64,000 bases of DNA from Tubulanus polymorphus (GCF_964204645.1 NC_134028.1:13191263-13255262), one strand, 5' to 3'; counted from the first letter of the stretch, positions 50,700 through 64,000 are shown. Translations and numbers: made by a program. The notes: generated from the letters alone by a model not told the origin.

Positions 50700-53600
50700 A
50701 CATTGGCCATTTCTAGAGAACTAGAACATAGACTTAGATCATTTGATATTTACAAGCGATCGTCAACGAGGTGGAAAACAAGGGGTATGGGATCGAAGCC
50801 CTTCAGGTCAACATGTGATCTGCCTAACAGTGAGATTGGATCTAACACAAATAAACATTTAAGGTCAACAGGAGTGCAGTTATCTACAAACAGCAAACAA
50901 AACTTTAAACTGAGTGTACTTAATGCTCAGTCAGTTAGAAATAAGTGCGACCAAATTCTTCTACTGTGGATAGTACATGATATTGGCCTTCTGTGCTTAA
51001 CTGAGACCTGGATCTCAGCATTTGAAAATGATAAGCAATATGTCAATCATTTGAACTCGGCGGATTATCAATTTGTACATTTTCCACATCAAGCTGGATA
51101 TGGTGGAGTTGGCTTTTTACGAAAAGAGTCGCTCACCATACAAAAGAAAGAACTTTGTCTCTCTGGAACAATGTTTGAAGCATATAGCATCAAACTCTCA
51201 TCTGGCGCCAGAGTGCTCAATATTGTGAACACTTATCGACCACCACAATCTCGGATGAACAAATTCTCTGTACCTGGATTTCTCTCTGAGATATCTCCAT
51301 TTCTGCTGGAGCAAATATCAAGTCCAGGTAAACTCGTGTTAGTTGGAGATCTGAACTTTCATTTAGATGTTCCAGATAGCCCAGACACCATTAAGTTCAT
51401 GGATATAATTGATTCATTCGATCTAAAGCAACATGTGACTTTCCCGACACATCCATCTGGTCACAATCTGGATGTTGCCATTACTTCACACAGCAGCCAG
51501 ATCGTACAAAGCCTCAACAATGTGAAATGGTATCCGACCATAACTTGTTTATCTGTGATATTGCATTTCCTAAATCAATCCCTATACATGAAGAGATAAG
51601 GGTCAGGCATTTTAGTGCTATCGATTTAGTGTCTTTTGAGCGGGATAGTTAAAGGATCGATTCTCCAGTGGCGGGGGTTAGTCTGGGTGATCTGTGTCAA
51701 TATTCTGATACCGTTCTTACAGACTAATCAGATTCTAATGCCCTGCGTAAAAGAAAGACTATTCGTGCAAAATCACATTATCCATGGTTCACTGATGAAC
51801 TGCATAAAGCTAATGCAGAAAAGAGGTCTGCTGAACGAAACTTGAAGAAATCCAGACTTACTGTTCACTTAGGGATGAAATAAAAAAGGATTTGTTTCCC
51901 GTCCCACTTGTAAGATTTTTATGGGTAGGTATGTAGGATGGGAATTTTTTTTTTTCTATTAATTTTTTCTGGGGGTTCGGCACATCAAAGTGGTACGTCC
52001 AGAGTCCAAAAGCATGTACAGTAGACTGTCAGTACCATCATATTGTTATTGGTTGCAATCACAATATTATTGATACGATATCATTTGGCAAAAGAAATTG
52101 AAATAACAAGTGCGATTGAAATTCTCTATCAAACAACAAACTTTATTAAATTAATCGTTATTTACTGTTCCTTTGGGAACAAGGTTGATGCCTCTTTTTC
52201 TTTGTTGCCGGTTTGTATTATTAGGTTATTCATGCTTATAATATCCTCTAAATTCATAAAAACATCGCCTAACTCCTGTCAAACGTCTATTGACAGCCAC
52301 CATTGTAAATCCGACTGATTACAGCCGAGAACCGATGCGGCAAAAAAGGGAGGCAAAAAAGGAATTCTACTTCAATTTGTTTTTTTTTTCATTATGACCA
52401 AATGAATAACTCATGAACTGATACTTAAATAAATTATCTTGCATCGGGTTATTGCAAAAAGATTCCACACTGCAAGCATCATTAGATATTTTTACAGCAG
52501 TGTGTGCCGTTGTATCGTAAGGCGCGTGAAACAAGCAGTGTGTAGGTTGTTGCCGCGGTGACAGCCAGCTGATCAATGTATTGTACTGCATTGCATGCTT
52601 GTAGGAAGCGCAGCCACATGTATATGTCAGTTCACAATGGCGGCGTGTATAAACAAAATGCTTAGCGCGTCAACTAGCAGAACTTTCTACCATGTTTTTA
52701 AATTGACAAAGTCACGTATTATGATAACCTCGATATGAACAGCATACAAGTTACATGGATGCCCATGGACTTCATGATCTGCTACAGTCCGCTTATAAAC
52801 ATGGACACAGCACTGAGACTGCCATATTAGAAGTGCAGAGTGATCTTCGGAGTACGGTTGACTCGCATGGCGCAGCTTTACTTGTTCTACTTGACCTGAG
52901 TGCCGTGTTCGATACCGTTGATCGTGAAATTCTCCTGAGTCGCATGGAGTATTATCTCGGAATTACCGGAACTGCTCTGGATTGGTTTCGTTCTTATCTA
53001 TCTGATCATTCTCGGAGTCTAAAACCCTTAAGTGCGGTGTGCCCAAGGCTTAGTGCTGGGGCCACTGTTATTTCTAATTTACATCTTACCGATTGCCCAC
53101 ATCTTCCAAAATAGTGCCGTTAACAGACATGGTTTCGCAAACGACAAGCAGACATACATAGCTCTCAGAAACCAGTCTCCGAATCCAGTTAAGCGAACTT
53201 GATATTGTACTGTCTGAAATCCATACCTGACTCCGAATCAACAGGCTAATGTGCAACCCAGACAAGTTCGAGGCACTCATTGTAGGCACCAAAATCAGCT
53301 TACAAAGCTCCAACCAATGAAGTGGCGGATACTTTAATTCCGATATCCAAGACGGCTATACGTAACCTCGGTGTCCTTTTCGATTTGTGCCTCTCAATGG
53401 ATGCTCATGTTAACAGTGCTGTGCGATCCGCATCATTTTCCCTAAGAACTATTGAAACAGTGCATCGCTTATTAAACCACAGAACTGCCAAATTACTTGT
53501 TCAGGGGTTAGTTCTATCACATCTGGACTACTGTAAAAGCTCACTCATCGGTATCAGTGAAAAGTCACTCACCAAGTTACAACTGGTCCAGAATCATGGT

Positions 53601-54030
53601 TTCATGGACAAAGAAGCGTGATCACATCAGCCCTGTTTTCCAGTCATTGCACTGGCTACCGGTTAGAGAACGAATCATGCAGAAAGTGCTGACACTGGTT
53701 TTCAAATGCCTACATGATTGAGGACCCGTATATCTAGCCGATTTGTTACAGCCTAATCACCTACTTGTTACCTACGCTCAGAATCGCAGAACTTACTAAC
53801 TGTTTGCAAATACAAACTTCAGACATTTGGAGTAAAATCATTTTATCCATATGCACCTGACATTTGGAACTCTTTACCCATACACGTTCATACTCTGGAC
53901 AGTCTATCAGCATTCAAATCAGAACTAAAAACATTCCTGTTCAGACGCCGTGTTATTACTGGGGAGCGCCTTTGAAAATTTTTTTCATGAAGGAAATGGG
54001 CGCTATATAAATCATGATATTCATTCATTC
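50700..54030 (+). mobile_element. L2 LINE ORF2 remnant, interrupted at about 51870-52740
   Basis: APE LNAQSVRNK, LTETW, VGDLNFH; RT QSAY..GHSTETA, LLDLSA.FDTVD, SHLDYC.S, LHWLPV; 3' GAGCGCC..GGGCGCTATATAAAT with a (CATT)n tail. Confidence 0.88.
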
Positions 54031-54093
54031 AGACCAGGCCTAGCTCAGGACAAGTACTGTGACTTTCAAGTATTGACATGCATAGAGGTATAC

Positions 54094-54236
54094 CTTTGAT
54101 GGCTTTCAAGAACCTTTAATGGTGATGTAGCAAATCTAAGATCCCACAATTGTATAACTGGTGTATGATCATCTTCAGAAGCTAAGCACATTTGTGTAGC
54201 AGTTTCAGGATGCCAACAAATCAATTTAGTTTTTAT
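54094..54236 (-). CDS. SEC31: SEC31 coding exon: [47 protein letters not shown](R)
   Basis: Hallmark Sec31 WHP..ATQ...ASEDD..PVIQ.WDLRFA.SPL. tttcAG acceptor, GT donor; 143 nt, ends in phase 2; 96-bp intron upstream. Confidence 0.96.
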
Positions 54237-54332
54237 CTGAAAGAAGAAAATTAAGTTAGAAATGTATAAATGAGGATCATTTTGTCATATATCAAATGAT
54301 AAATATACATCTTGATTTAAGATATAGCTTAC

Positions 54333-54470
54333 CCTTGACATGCTGTCACTGATCTTAATAATAGGCTCATTCTTCCTCAAGTCCCAAACAACGCAACGAG
54401 CGGCAAATGTTGAGCCCAAAATATGTTGGACTTGCTGGTTCCAAGCTACACAAGCAACATCATCAGGTGG
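54333..54470 (-). CDS. SEC31: SEC31 coding exon: PPDDVACVAWNQQVQHILGSTFAARCVVWDLRKNEPIIKISDSMSR
   Basis: Matches the Sec31 WN.QVQHIL.S...VWDLRKNEPIIK motif. ttttAG acceptor, GTAAG donor; 138 nt. Not in the ORF track. Confidence 0.95.
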
Positions 54471-55695
54471 CTAAAAAGAAATTTGTCAAAGTTGATTCAC
54501 TATTTGATAAAGAATTATATTTAATCTAACTATAAGCCTAGATAGTATGACAGTGTACTGATTGTTTGATCAGAATGTTTTTTCTTAACAAACCCATCTC
54601 TAAAGAATCTGCCTTTAACAAAATCTCGAACGAAGAATCCAGGGACACAATAACCACTTGAAAAATACTCGAAAATCAGACCCCTGGTGAACATATACAG
54701 AAACAGGTGACCTTAAACTCCCACAATCATTAACTAGAGGACCTGAGGACTAGAGGTCCAGGCTCTCGAGGTCATGTTTTCATAATCTTAGTGAAAATGT
54801 ATAAGTATTGATCATGCAAATTAGGGTTCATCTTACAGCGTACTATGACCAGCCTGTCATCATCACCTAAAATCATTCATGCGCCCCTCATGTGCCTCAT
54901 AACTTTCCATAATCCATCGCGACTTTGGGATCTTAGGTACAACAGGCTATGATATTCATAGCTAGGATCACGCATATAGGCAAATGATGCGTTACGGACA
55001 ACTATTTATCGGATTATCAGTTCTATATCGATACAGCATTATGGGACTATATCCACGGCAGTAGAGATACTACGGGTGTTGTTCGGTGAACGGCAGAATT
55101 TTTTCTAGCGATGATCCCTATATGGTCTTCGACCATAAAAATGTGACCATGATTTTTCGCTGGAATGAAATTATATTGATCTTTGTTTTTGGGCTGAATA
55201 TCATCTAATTGAATCTGCATATCAATTCATATGGTAAATAAGTTCATTTAAATGAATTATTGATAAAATGTCATATAAAAATCTCTTTAATATTATTGTG
55301 AACAACTTTTATCCTCATTCAACCCACTATAATATGAAATAAACATCAACTTTTCTCCCCATTCAACCCACTATAATATGATATAAACTTGAAAACAAAG
55401 CACACCTGCTCAAACATCAAAATAAAACAATGTATTCGTTACAAAGTATACCATAAACATCGAGCGAAATGACTAGCTGAATGGCCGAATGCACTGGAGA
55501 TAATTGCAACTTTTGTCTCGGGGATTCCAGCACCGCTAGGCCATTCTTTTCTGCCACGCATCAGATTTAACCTAATAGTGGAGAGCCATTTCCCCCTTAT
55601 TTGCTCAATGGACATGCAGAAATCAGGCATGGTGACTTTTCAAACAAGAAATGGTGGATTTCTGATAATAAGAAGTCATGAAGCCATGAACTTAC

Positions 55696-55791
55696 CATTG
55701 ACTTTGCTCCAGGTGTCATCTGTTTTGTTGGGTTATTCAAATCCCAAATATATATTTCAGAGTCAGTAGCACCAGTTGCCAACAAATTAGT
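55696..55791 (-). CDS. SEC31: SEC31 coding exon (WD40): TNLLATGATDSEIYIWDLNNPTKQMTPGAKSM
   Basis: Resembles the Sec31 segment NL.A.GA..SEIYIWDLNN...MTPG.K. AG acceptor at 55793-55792, GTAAG donor at 55695; 96 nt, phase 0/0. Confidence 0.93.
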
Positions 55792-56629
55792 CTTCATTGA
55801 AAATAAAATAAAGAAATCAGAAGAGCATGATTGAGAAAAATATGTTTACACACAACACCAAGATCCTTCAATGGTGGACAATGTAATCACATGTAAATAG
55901 CATTGGATACTAGCATCTACTCAACTATGGAATCTTTGAAGCAAAATAGTTTCACATACAGCAAACCTTGCTTAATTCTTATCTCTTGGGACCATGGTTT
56001 TTACTAAGAATTAGACATTTTGTGGATTATACGTAATTTGTATTTTCTATGAATTATGTATAATTCCTAGAATTAACGATTACCTATTTAAATCGTAGAA
56101 ACTATGAATAAAAACCTGCTATAAACTGTTTCCTCTGGCATTGGAACAAAAATTCTGCATGCCACGGCCATTAATTATTTCAACATAACTGGCAGAAAAA
56201 TATGTTGTGTGTCTGCGGCATGCTCAGTGCTAAAGACTAACGGGTAATTGATAAGCTTGCCAATCACTGCCTGCAAGCGGAACGATTGAATACGTATTTA
56301 CTCCTTTAAGAAGTTGTTTAAGATTTCTAAATTCTTTCTGGTGTAAAGCGTTGATACTGTTATACAATGAAAATACAATAGATAGCCAGGACTAGAACTG
56401 TGAATATCGTGAAGGAATGATGGTGTTTTATAGATTCTATATATAGGCTATGAGCACTGAGTACGCAGTGGTCATCGTGAGCTGCATTATGGAAATCTGG
56501 CTGCATGTAGCAAATGTCACCAGAGGCACCCAACTATGCTACAGTTCCAGTCAATCTGATAGTGCTATGCATAGGGATAGTGATAAGGAGCAGTAGACTG
56601 ACGCAAGCAATGAGATGGTGTGTAGATTT

Positions 56630-57200
56630 TACAAGCACCATGTGTACAGCACCTCCTAGAGGTCAAATTTGGGGAATGGCTCTATAACTTCTTAGCCTTG
56701 GCCCATAGTATCTACATACCAAGTTTTGTTAACATCAGACTATAATTGTAGGACAAGTAGCGATTTAAAGATTTTACAAGTAACCTGTACAGCACCCCCT
56801 AAAGGTCAAATTGGGAAAACAGCTTTATAACCTTTTGTCCCTTGGCCTGTAGTATGAGTATACCAAATTTCGTCATGACTGGATTATCATTGTATGACAA
56901 GTGGCGATTTAAAGATTTAACAAGCGCCATGCGTACAGCGCCCCCTAGAGATAAAATTGGGAAGACGGTTCTATTCCTTTTTAGCCCTTGGCCCACAGTA
57001 TCAACATACCAAATTTCGTCAAGATAGAACCATAATTGGACATAATAGGACAATTGGCCATAATAGGACAAGTAGCAATTGAAAGATTTTACAGGCACGA
57101 TCCGTACAGCGCAAAAATTGGGAAATTGGCTCTATAACTTTTAAGCGCTTGGCCCATGTTAGCTTCATACCAAGTTTGGTCAAGATCAGAAAAGAGCTGT
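56630..57200. repeat. Degenerate ~145-bp tandem repeat (about 4 units)
   Basis: GTACAGC.CC.CCTA.AG...AAATTGGG at about 56644, 56787, 56933 and 57104. Confidence 0.8.
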
Positions 57201-57401
57201 AGCAAATATAGCTGCAAAGCAGCGATGACGGGTTTTCTGCAAAGCCATTAAGGATGATGGGGAATTGTAGTAAATTGAAATACCGATACATAGAATAAAA
57301 TGCATTGACAGATTTGAACCCAATATGGCCTTCAAACTCCATGATACTCTATTATCAGCAGGCTTAAAAAATGGATCTGTCCTATTAAGAACTCATCTTA
57401 A

Positions 57402-58003
57402 CCCTTAACCTGCCGGCAGCTTTAATGTGAAGTCCTGTGTCTGCCAGGTGATTTGCGTGTTAATGAAATTGACTCATCAAATCCTCATAACTTCAAAACT
57501 ATCGTATATAGGGCATTGAAACTTCACAAAGTGGTAGTTTATAGTCATAGCCACGGGATAGTGCTGAAAAATTAAACTTCCGATTTTTTAAAGAGGGGGT
57601 ACACTGGGTGGGGTCATTTTTGGGGGTAAAGCACAATTTTGTGTTACATTGTCGATATTCATAAACAAAGACTCTGTAGATTACTGCATGCATCGTTAAA
57701 ACCTTTATTATGCTTCTTATTACAGTCTAAATGTTTGAATCTACATTAATATCCCAAAATATCGAATTTATGGGCCGTTTCTGAGGTCAAAATTCTTCAA
57801 AATATCAAAATGAAAAATTACTACCAGGTTCGGATTCTCGAGTATCGGCAATGCCATGCGTTAAGAACTAAGTCTCAATGCGCTGCGAGGCGCTTGTGGC
57901 ATAAAAACAAACTTTAAATGCGAGATAGGTCGGGCTGTCGACAACAGTCGCCCACCGCAGTTCCCCAGTGTGTCACCTACAGTCGTCTACGGCAAGTTAA
58001 GGG
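57402..58003. mobile_element. piggyBac-like MITE
   Basis: TTAA|CCCTTAACCTGCCG ... CGGCAAGTTAAGGG|TTGA. Confidence 0.8.
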
Positions 58004-58710
58004 TTGAGTCGATAGATTCAGTAAATTTACAGAGAAGAATGTATTATGATTTGGAATAGATTGAAGGAGTTAATCTTTTTATTGAAATATTTGAATAAAT
58101 ACATATATTGTAGTGTAGATTCAATCAACAAATTATGAATTAATTTGGTTTGGGTTTTCGAGCCGATGGATTACAAATTCTTTTGAAATAATAATATGTT
58201 TGTGGAACAAAAACCTACTGACTCTGCATTAGATCCTGCTCTCGACGGTTAAATAATCGAAAGGAAACCTAATTTCTCTCCATCACAACATCAAACGATC
58301 ATGCCCTGGTGGATAGAAAATCGACACAACCTAATGTTTTCTATCCACCACAGCAGACACTGTTTACTTCCACTACACGTGCACTGTGAGATCTGCTGTG
58401 GCCGATAGAAAACAATGATCTCCCAGTTAAAAGGCGAACTATTTCTGGGTTTTTTCCAAATATCCGTCATTTTAAGATTGGGCAAACTGCTAGTCGAAAT
58501 GCTGAAACTGCGGGTGAAACAGCTTAAATGATAACGCTGAAAGAATTTCTGGACATAATGACATAATGTAAACATCAAGGCGCCATCTACTGACATATCG
58601 GCGCATAAGCCACGGCGCGAAAATGTCTTTGAGGAATGGGATTGTCTTTTTCGCTACGTGAAACAAAACATCTTCTTCTTGGCGGGGATGGTTGCACCAT
58701 ATTGAATCCG

Positions 58711-61683
58711 TCAAAGAACAGAGGCTTAATTTGTGATACTGCCCAAATAATAGGAACAGGACTTTGTAATTCAAAATAGGGTATCAGAAATTCAATTATC
58801 ATGTCAAATTACTTCTAAATACTCTATTCTTGGCTCAAATTATATCCTAGATAATTGAGTTAGAGCTGTTTTGCACTGTAAATACATAAATTCATGTTTA
58901 ATTCAATGTCAATAATCACATGTGTACTGTTTACTAATACTTTACTTATTTATCATTTATATCTCATTTTTTATTGTATAAAAGCAACAATGTTTAAAGT
59001 CATTAGGAGCAATAAAGGTATTTTTGATTTCAATTTCAATTTTCTTGGAACATCCTCACTTGCCCGGGTTTTATTGCCTCCTGAAGTTCACGCCTAAACA
59101 AAGCCTGGCCGCAGACCCTTCATTAGCCTATTATTACACTTCCATAGATTTCTTTAGTGCCGCTGAGCAGCCACCAGTCTATGTATGAAGCCAATCACAT
59201 CAGATACGTTGTTTTTCGCTGGCAGGTTTGCTCTATCAATGCTTCACATCCGATTCCTTAGACGTATCGGCCCCACTCTGCGCGGTTGCGCCCCCGCGCG
59301 GGATTTACGCGAAGCAGCAAACACAAACATGGCTACTCTCTCAATTTTCAATGATAGAAATCGTGTGTGCATTTCAATTATTTCGGCTATTAGGGTTTTA
59401 AGGCACAATATAAGTTGATGATGTGATATGGCGATGTCAATTAATGATAATTTCGCAGTGAAGCTAGTCACGAACGGTGTCGATTGAGTGTACAGCTGCC
59501 AAAAACACTGAAATGTGCGTAGTTGTGTAACTATTTGCAGTGAATTGCAGACGAAACATGAAGCCTTAACGGCCGTTAAAAAAAAATTATACCAATCGCA
59601 ATTGTAAAATAAAAATGAGATAGAAACTAAGTTAAAATTCTGGCCATTTCTAAAATATTATTACTAATTTTTAGTCAGTGCCGAACGTTTAGTTTTCCAA
59701 CAATAATGAGGGGTGGTAGGTAGTCATGCAATTCAAGTCATCATTTATTACACGTTACTTCCGTGTTGTTGAAAATCTCGCGAGTCCTGGACCAAACCCC
59801 ATTGAACAATGTGATCTTTGTGCTGGCCACAAATGCACACAGATCACACTACACTACCCATTACACACTCCAGTACCCACAGCTTTCATGTATCCATCCA
59901 AATATTTAGAGTGTCTTTCTTCCTGGATATAGGCTCTAGTGGCAACCTGTCCACCCAGGAAATCTTAGACCGGAGTAATACAGCAATAAGGTCTGCGGCA
60001 GGTTTTGTGTCGGTGTGAACTTCGGCAGGAGGCAATTAAACCCCTGCAAGAGCATGCTTTAAGTTAGGGTACAGTGCTCAAGTTAGTGAAAAAAAATGTA
60101 ACAATGACAGCATAATTTGGCTATCGTATTTGAATCAACGTGTATTTTATTAGTCTAATTTGAGTGAGAACAGAATTCCGGGTGGGGTAGGTGTTCAAAG
60201 AACAGAGGCTTAATTTGTGATACTGCCCAAATAATAGGAACAGGACTTTGTAATTCAAAATAGGGTATCAGAAATTCAATTATCATGTCAAATTACTTCT
60301 AAATACTCTATTCTTGGCTCAAATTATATCCTAGATAATTGAGTTAGAGCTGTTTTGCACTGTAAATACATAAATTCATGTTTAATTCAATGTCAATAAT
60401 CACATGTGTACTGTTTACTAATACTTTACTTATTTATCATTTATATCTCATTTTTTATTGTATAAAAGCAACAATGTTTAAAGTCATTAGGAGCAATAAA
60501 GGTATTTTTGATTTCAATTTCAATTTTCTTGGAACATCCTCACTTGCCCGGGTTTTATTGCCTCCTGAAGTTCACGCCTAAACAAAGCCTGGCCGCAGAC
60601 CCTTCATTAGCCTATTATTACACTTCCATAGATTTCTTTAGTGCCGCTGAGCAGCCACCAGTCTATGTATGAAGCCAATCACATCAGATACGTTGTTTTT
60701 CGCTGGCAGGTTTGCTCTATCAATGCTTCACATCCGATTCCTTAGACGTATCGGCCCCACTCTGCGCGGTTGCGCCCCCGCGCGGGATTTACGCGAAGCA
60801 GCAAACACAAACATGGCTACTCTCTCAATTTTCAATGATAGAAATCGTGTGTGCATTTCAATTATTTCGGCTATTAGGGTTTTAAGGCACAATATAAGTT
60901 GATGATGTGATATGGCGATGTCAATTAATGATAATTTCGCAGTGAAGCTAGTCACGAACGGTGTCGATTGAGTGTACAGCTGCCAAAAACACTGAAATGT
61001 GCGTAGTTGTGTAACTATTTGCAGTGAATTGCAGACGAAACATGAAGCCTTAACGGCCGTTAAAAAAAAATTATACCAATCGCAATTGTAAAATAAAAAT
61101 GAGATAGAAACTAAGTTAAAATTCTGGCCATTTCTAAAATATTATTACTAATTTTTAGTCAGTGCCGAACGTTTAGTTTTCCAACAATAATGAGGGGTGG
61201 TAGGTAGTCATGCAATTCAAGTCATCATTTATTACACGTTACTTCCGTGTTGTTGAAAATCTCGCGAGTCCTGGACCAAACCCCATTGAACAATGTGATC
61301 TTTGTGCTGGCCACAAATGCACACAGATCACACTACACTACCCATTACACACTCCAGTACCCACAGCTTTCATGTATCCATCCAAATATTTAGAGTGTCT
61401 TTCTTCCTGGATATAGGCTCTAGTGGCAACCTGTCCACCCAGGAAATCTTAGACCGGAGTAATACAGCAATAAGGTCTGCGGCAGGTTTTGTGTCGGTGT
61501 GAACTTCGGCAGGAGGCAATTAAACCCCTGCAAGAGCATGCTTTAAGTTAGGGTACAGTGCTCAAGTTAGTGAAAAAAAATGTAACAATGACAGCATAAT
61601 TTGGCTATCGTATTTGAATCAACGTGTATTTTATTAGTCTAATTTGAGTGAGAACAGAATTCCGGGTGGGGTAGGTGTTCAAA
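58711..61683. repeat. 1484-bp direct tandem duplication (two apparently identical copies)
   Basis: Identical ORF sets offset by 1484 bp; TCAAA at all three junctions (58711, 60195, 61679). Confidence 0.95.
59051..60056. mobile_element. ~1-kb element with ~80-bp imperfect TIRs (duplicated at 60535-61540)
   Basis: CTTGCCCGGGTTTTATTGCCTCCTGAAGTTCAC..GCCGCAGACC vs GGTCTGCGGC..GTGAACTTCGGCAGGAGGCAATTAAACCCCTGCAAG. Confidence 0.65.
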
Positions 61684-62089
61684 AGCAGTCAAGGCGCTGT
61701 TGAGAATCTACAGATTCAAAATGGCATCTCCGTGAAATAACCAATCCGAATTTATAGCGTTAACTATGCAGGAGGGAAGAAGGCCAAAGAGTGACAAGTC
61801 GGTCCAGCGAGTCACCAAATGATTTCAATTCAAAGAACTTGACGTCCAATAACTATCATAAAAACAAAATCACAAAGGATACCATCACTAAGTATCACTG
61901 CTGCTGCCATCAGGCTTTATTGGTGCAATGGGTAGGTATTTTCAACTGACTTTAGGCCTGTTAATATAGGCGACGACATGGTAACACGACGCTTCAATCA
62001 CAAAATCCCAGGGCAGTGTAGAAACAGATGAAGCATCTACAATAAGTACAGAAGACAGTGTAACAATAATAAGTTCAAAACATGCCATT

Positions 62090-62515
62090 TTGAACAAAAA
62101 GTGGGTCATAAGTCAGCCATCTTGAATTGGAGAAGTTCCGAGAACAAAACAGTTCCATTCAATATTATCATACACATACACCATAAAAATGTCATTAATT
62201 TATCCCAAAAGTAGATTGCGTCGGCCATCTTGAATCGGATAAGTCCCCAAAACAATAAGGTTTTATATCATACTATCATACACATCTAATATAAATTTCA
62301 TGAAATTTTCTCAAACGATTTTTTAGTTATCACGTACATGTGTGAAAAATAGGTCATAATTCGGCCATCTTGAATCATAGATTCCCCAAAAGAGTTCCCC
62401 ACCATACCACCATACATGCACATACCATAACAATTTCATGAAATCATGTCAAATGGTTTTTGATGTTTCGTGTACACAGAGAGTGTCAAAAGTAAGTCAT
62501 AAGTCGGCCATGTGG
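62090..62515. repeat. Degenerate ~140-bp tandem repeat
   Basis: TC(G/A)GCCATCTTGAAT core at about 62113, 62221 and 62361, with a partial copy at about 62504. Confidence 0.7.
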
Positions 62516-62601
62516 AAAGAGGTCCACAGTAAATTGGAAATGGAAAGCAGTATCGTCGACGCATAAAACAGGCAAGGGACGCTTAATCTGGTCACAATTG
62601 T

Positions 62602-63460
62602 AACAAGAGCTCCAAGGGGCACTATGGCCAGCCTGTCAGCTTTTCATAAAATGACAAATGATGATGCATTCTGTGGGTTAAATTTGTCAAAATACACTCC
62701 CAGCTCAGAGTCAATACCTAATAATTTACACAATAAAATCGTAGAATACAAAAGAAGCACAGGCAGCGACTGGATCTGGCAGGAACAAATACCTCAGATA
62801 AAATCTTTTCCCTTGGTCTTATTGATTTTAATGCCGAATAGAATTGAATTTTCTGAAATTTGCTCAATAAAACAAAATTGAATTGGAATTGATGTTTTCA
62901 TTTGTTCAATTAAGTAAAATTGAATTGAATTTGATACTTTTTTTGCGGAATAAAATTTGATTGAATTTGTAGTTTGAGCACATGGCTAATAAGCATATTA
63001 AGGTCATCTATCTGATTTAAGAAAAAGCTATTTTTCCCAGACTTTGCACAATGTTCAATGATATTTTCTGTAGTGCTAATAAAAATATTCTTCCCAAAAA
63101 CCAAATCAACTAAAGCTTTCACAGAAATCGATCTTGAAATACAATTGAAGATCTTAAAATAAAACATGGTAGACGATACCACCGGTTCACGTGAACACCT
63201 GCTGATTTCTGCGACTAAGCCAATCATAGAGGAGTCTTTGCTTTCTGATTGGCTTTTCAAAACCAATATTTTTGCGATCAGATTTTCGTGAAAAAGCTCA
63301 TATAAATTTTAACGAGGCCCTCTTTCAAAATTCAGCTACGTAGAGTTTGGAGAATGCATAATGCTTTAATGAATGATTTGTATGAATATGTGCTCAGTTG
63401 CCCAGTAAAAGAGCCTTTACTCTGGAAACCGTGTCATTTAAATTTGCTCCATTTGTAGTG
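62602..63460 (+). repeat. Interspersed repeat family C, uninterrupted copy starting AACAAGAG
   Basis: Homologous to 22034-22200, 23610-25160 and 15945-16445. Confidence 0.8.
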
Positions 63461-64000
63461 AATGCCAATTACAAAGCCTATAAAAGATTATTGTGCACTG
63501 GTACAAATCGGATAACAAAACGATTGTCAACCACAAACCCTATCACTGTTTTCCGTTCTTTTGATATTAGAATAGGGATTGGCCATTATTTATTCGGTTG
63601 GTAAATTTCGTTTGATTTTTGTATAAACCAACCACACCAGTTTGATTTAAAGATACCAGTTGCAGACAAAGAAATAGCAGGAATTAGGAATAGTGTATAC
63701 ATGAAATTGCATATTTTGATTTTTAAAAATATCAAATTAATTGATTTGCTAGTGTAATTGACTGCAGTGATGGCAACTAGTAACTGTTGATTGGTTAAGC
63801 AGCCAACTTTAGAGCACATTGATGCTATTAGGCTACCCAAACTAATTGTCTCTGTGAGAGTCTCTGTGAGTTCACGGAACAAAGTGTTCACCTTGTGCAT
63901 CTGTGCTCAAAATGAGACAATTGATCGAATAGACACTAGTCCTTAAACACAGGCAGTCGCTAGAATGATTGGCAGTTGTTTTGAAGGGAGCCAATTTCCT

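Noticed and set aside
58291-58802. Overlapping minus-strand ORFs as a gene or upstream SEC31 exon
   Set aside because: No Sec31 or other recognisable motif in any frame.
59185-61502. Duplicated small ORFs as a tandem gene family
   Set aside because: They arise from the 1484-bp duplication and show no protein motifs.
63586-63900. 104-aa ORF as an upstream SEC31 exon
   Set aside because: No resemblance to the expected H.G.V.ALD.N WD40 segment.

Overview
AT-rich eukaryotic (animal, probably marine invertebrate) genomic DNA. The window lies inside one minus-strand host gene, SEC31 (COPII outer coat, WD40 region into the start of the alpha-solenoid region). I resolved eight coding exons by hand (55791-55696, 54470-54333, 54236-54094, 36728-36617, 20886-20734, 14399-14262, 8584-8351, 5896-5822; 1089 nt, 363 codons). 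All have GT-AG boundaries and compatible phases. I found no further exons, so the gene's 5' and 3' ends probably lie outside the window. The introns (96 bp to about 17 kb) are packed with transposable elements. These include a near-complete ISL2EU element (THAP-DDE transposase plus a convergent SWIM/YqaJ gene) carrying an intact DD41D Tc1/mariner in its intron, and a non-autonomous IS3EU-like element with a 6-bp TSD. There is also a four-level nest (BEL > pogo > Helentron-like HINE > Gmr1-like Gypsy), a DIRS remnant, L2/CR1/L1 LINE remnants, a tRNA-derived SINE and many MITEs. Two short elements carry a hammerhead-ribozyme-like motif, and there is an apparently identical 1484-bp tandem duplication. 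No prokaryotic features, rRNA or CRISPR arrays are supported. Family assignments rest on remembered motifs, not database searches.
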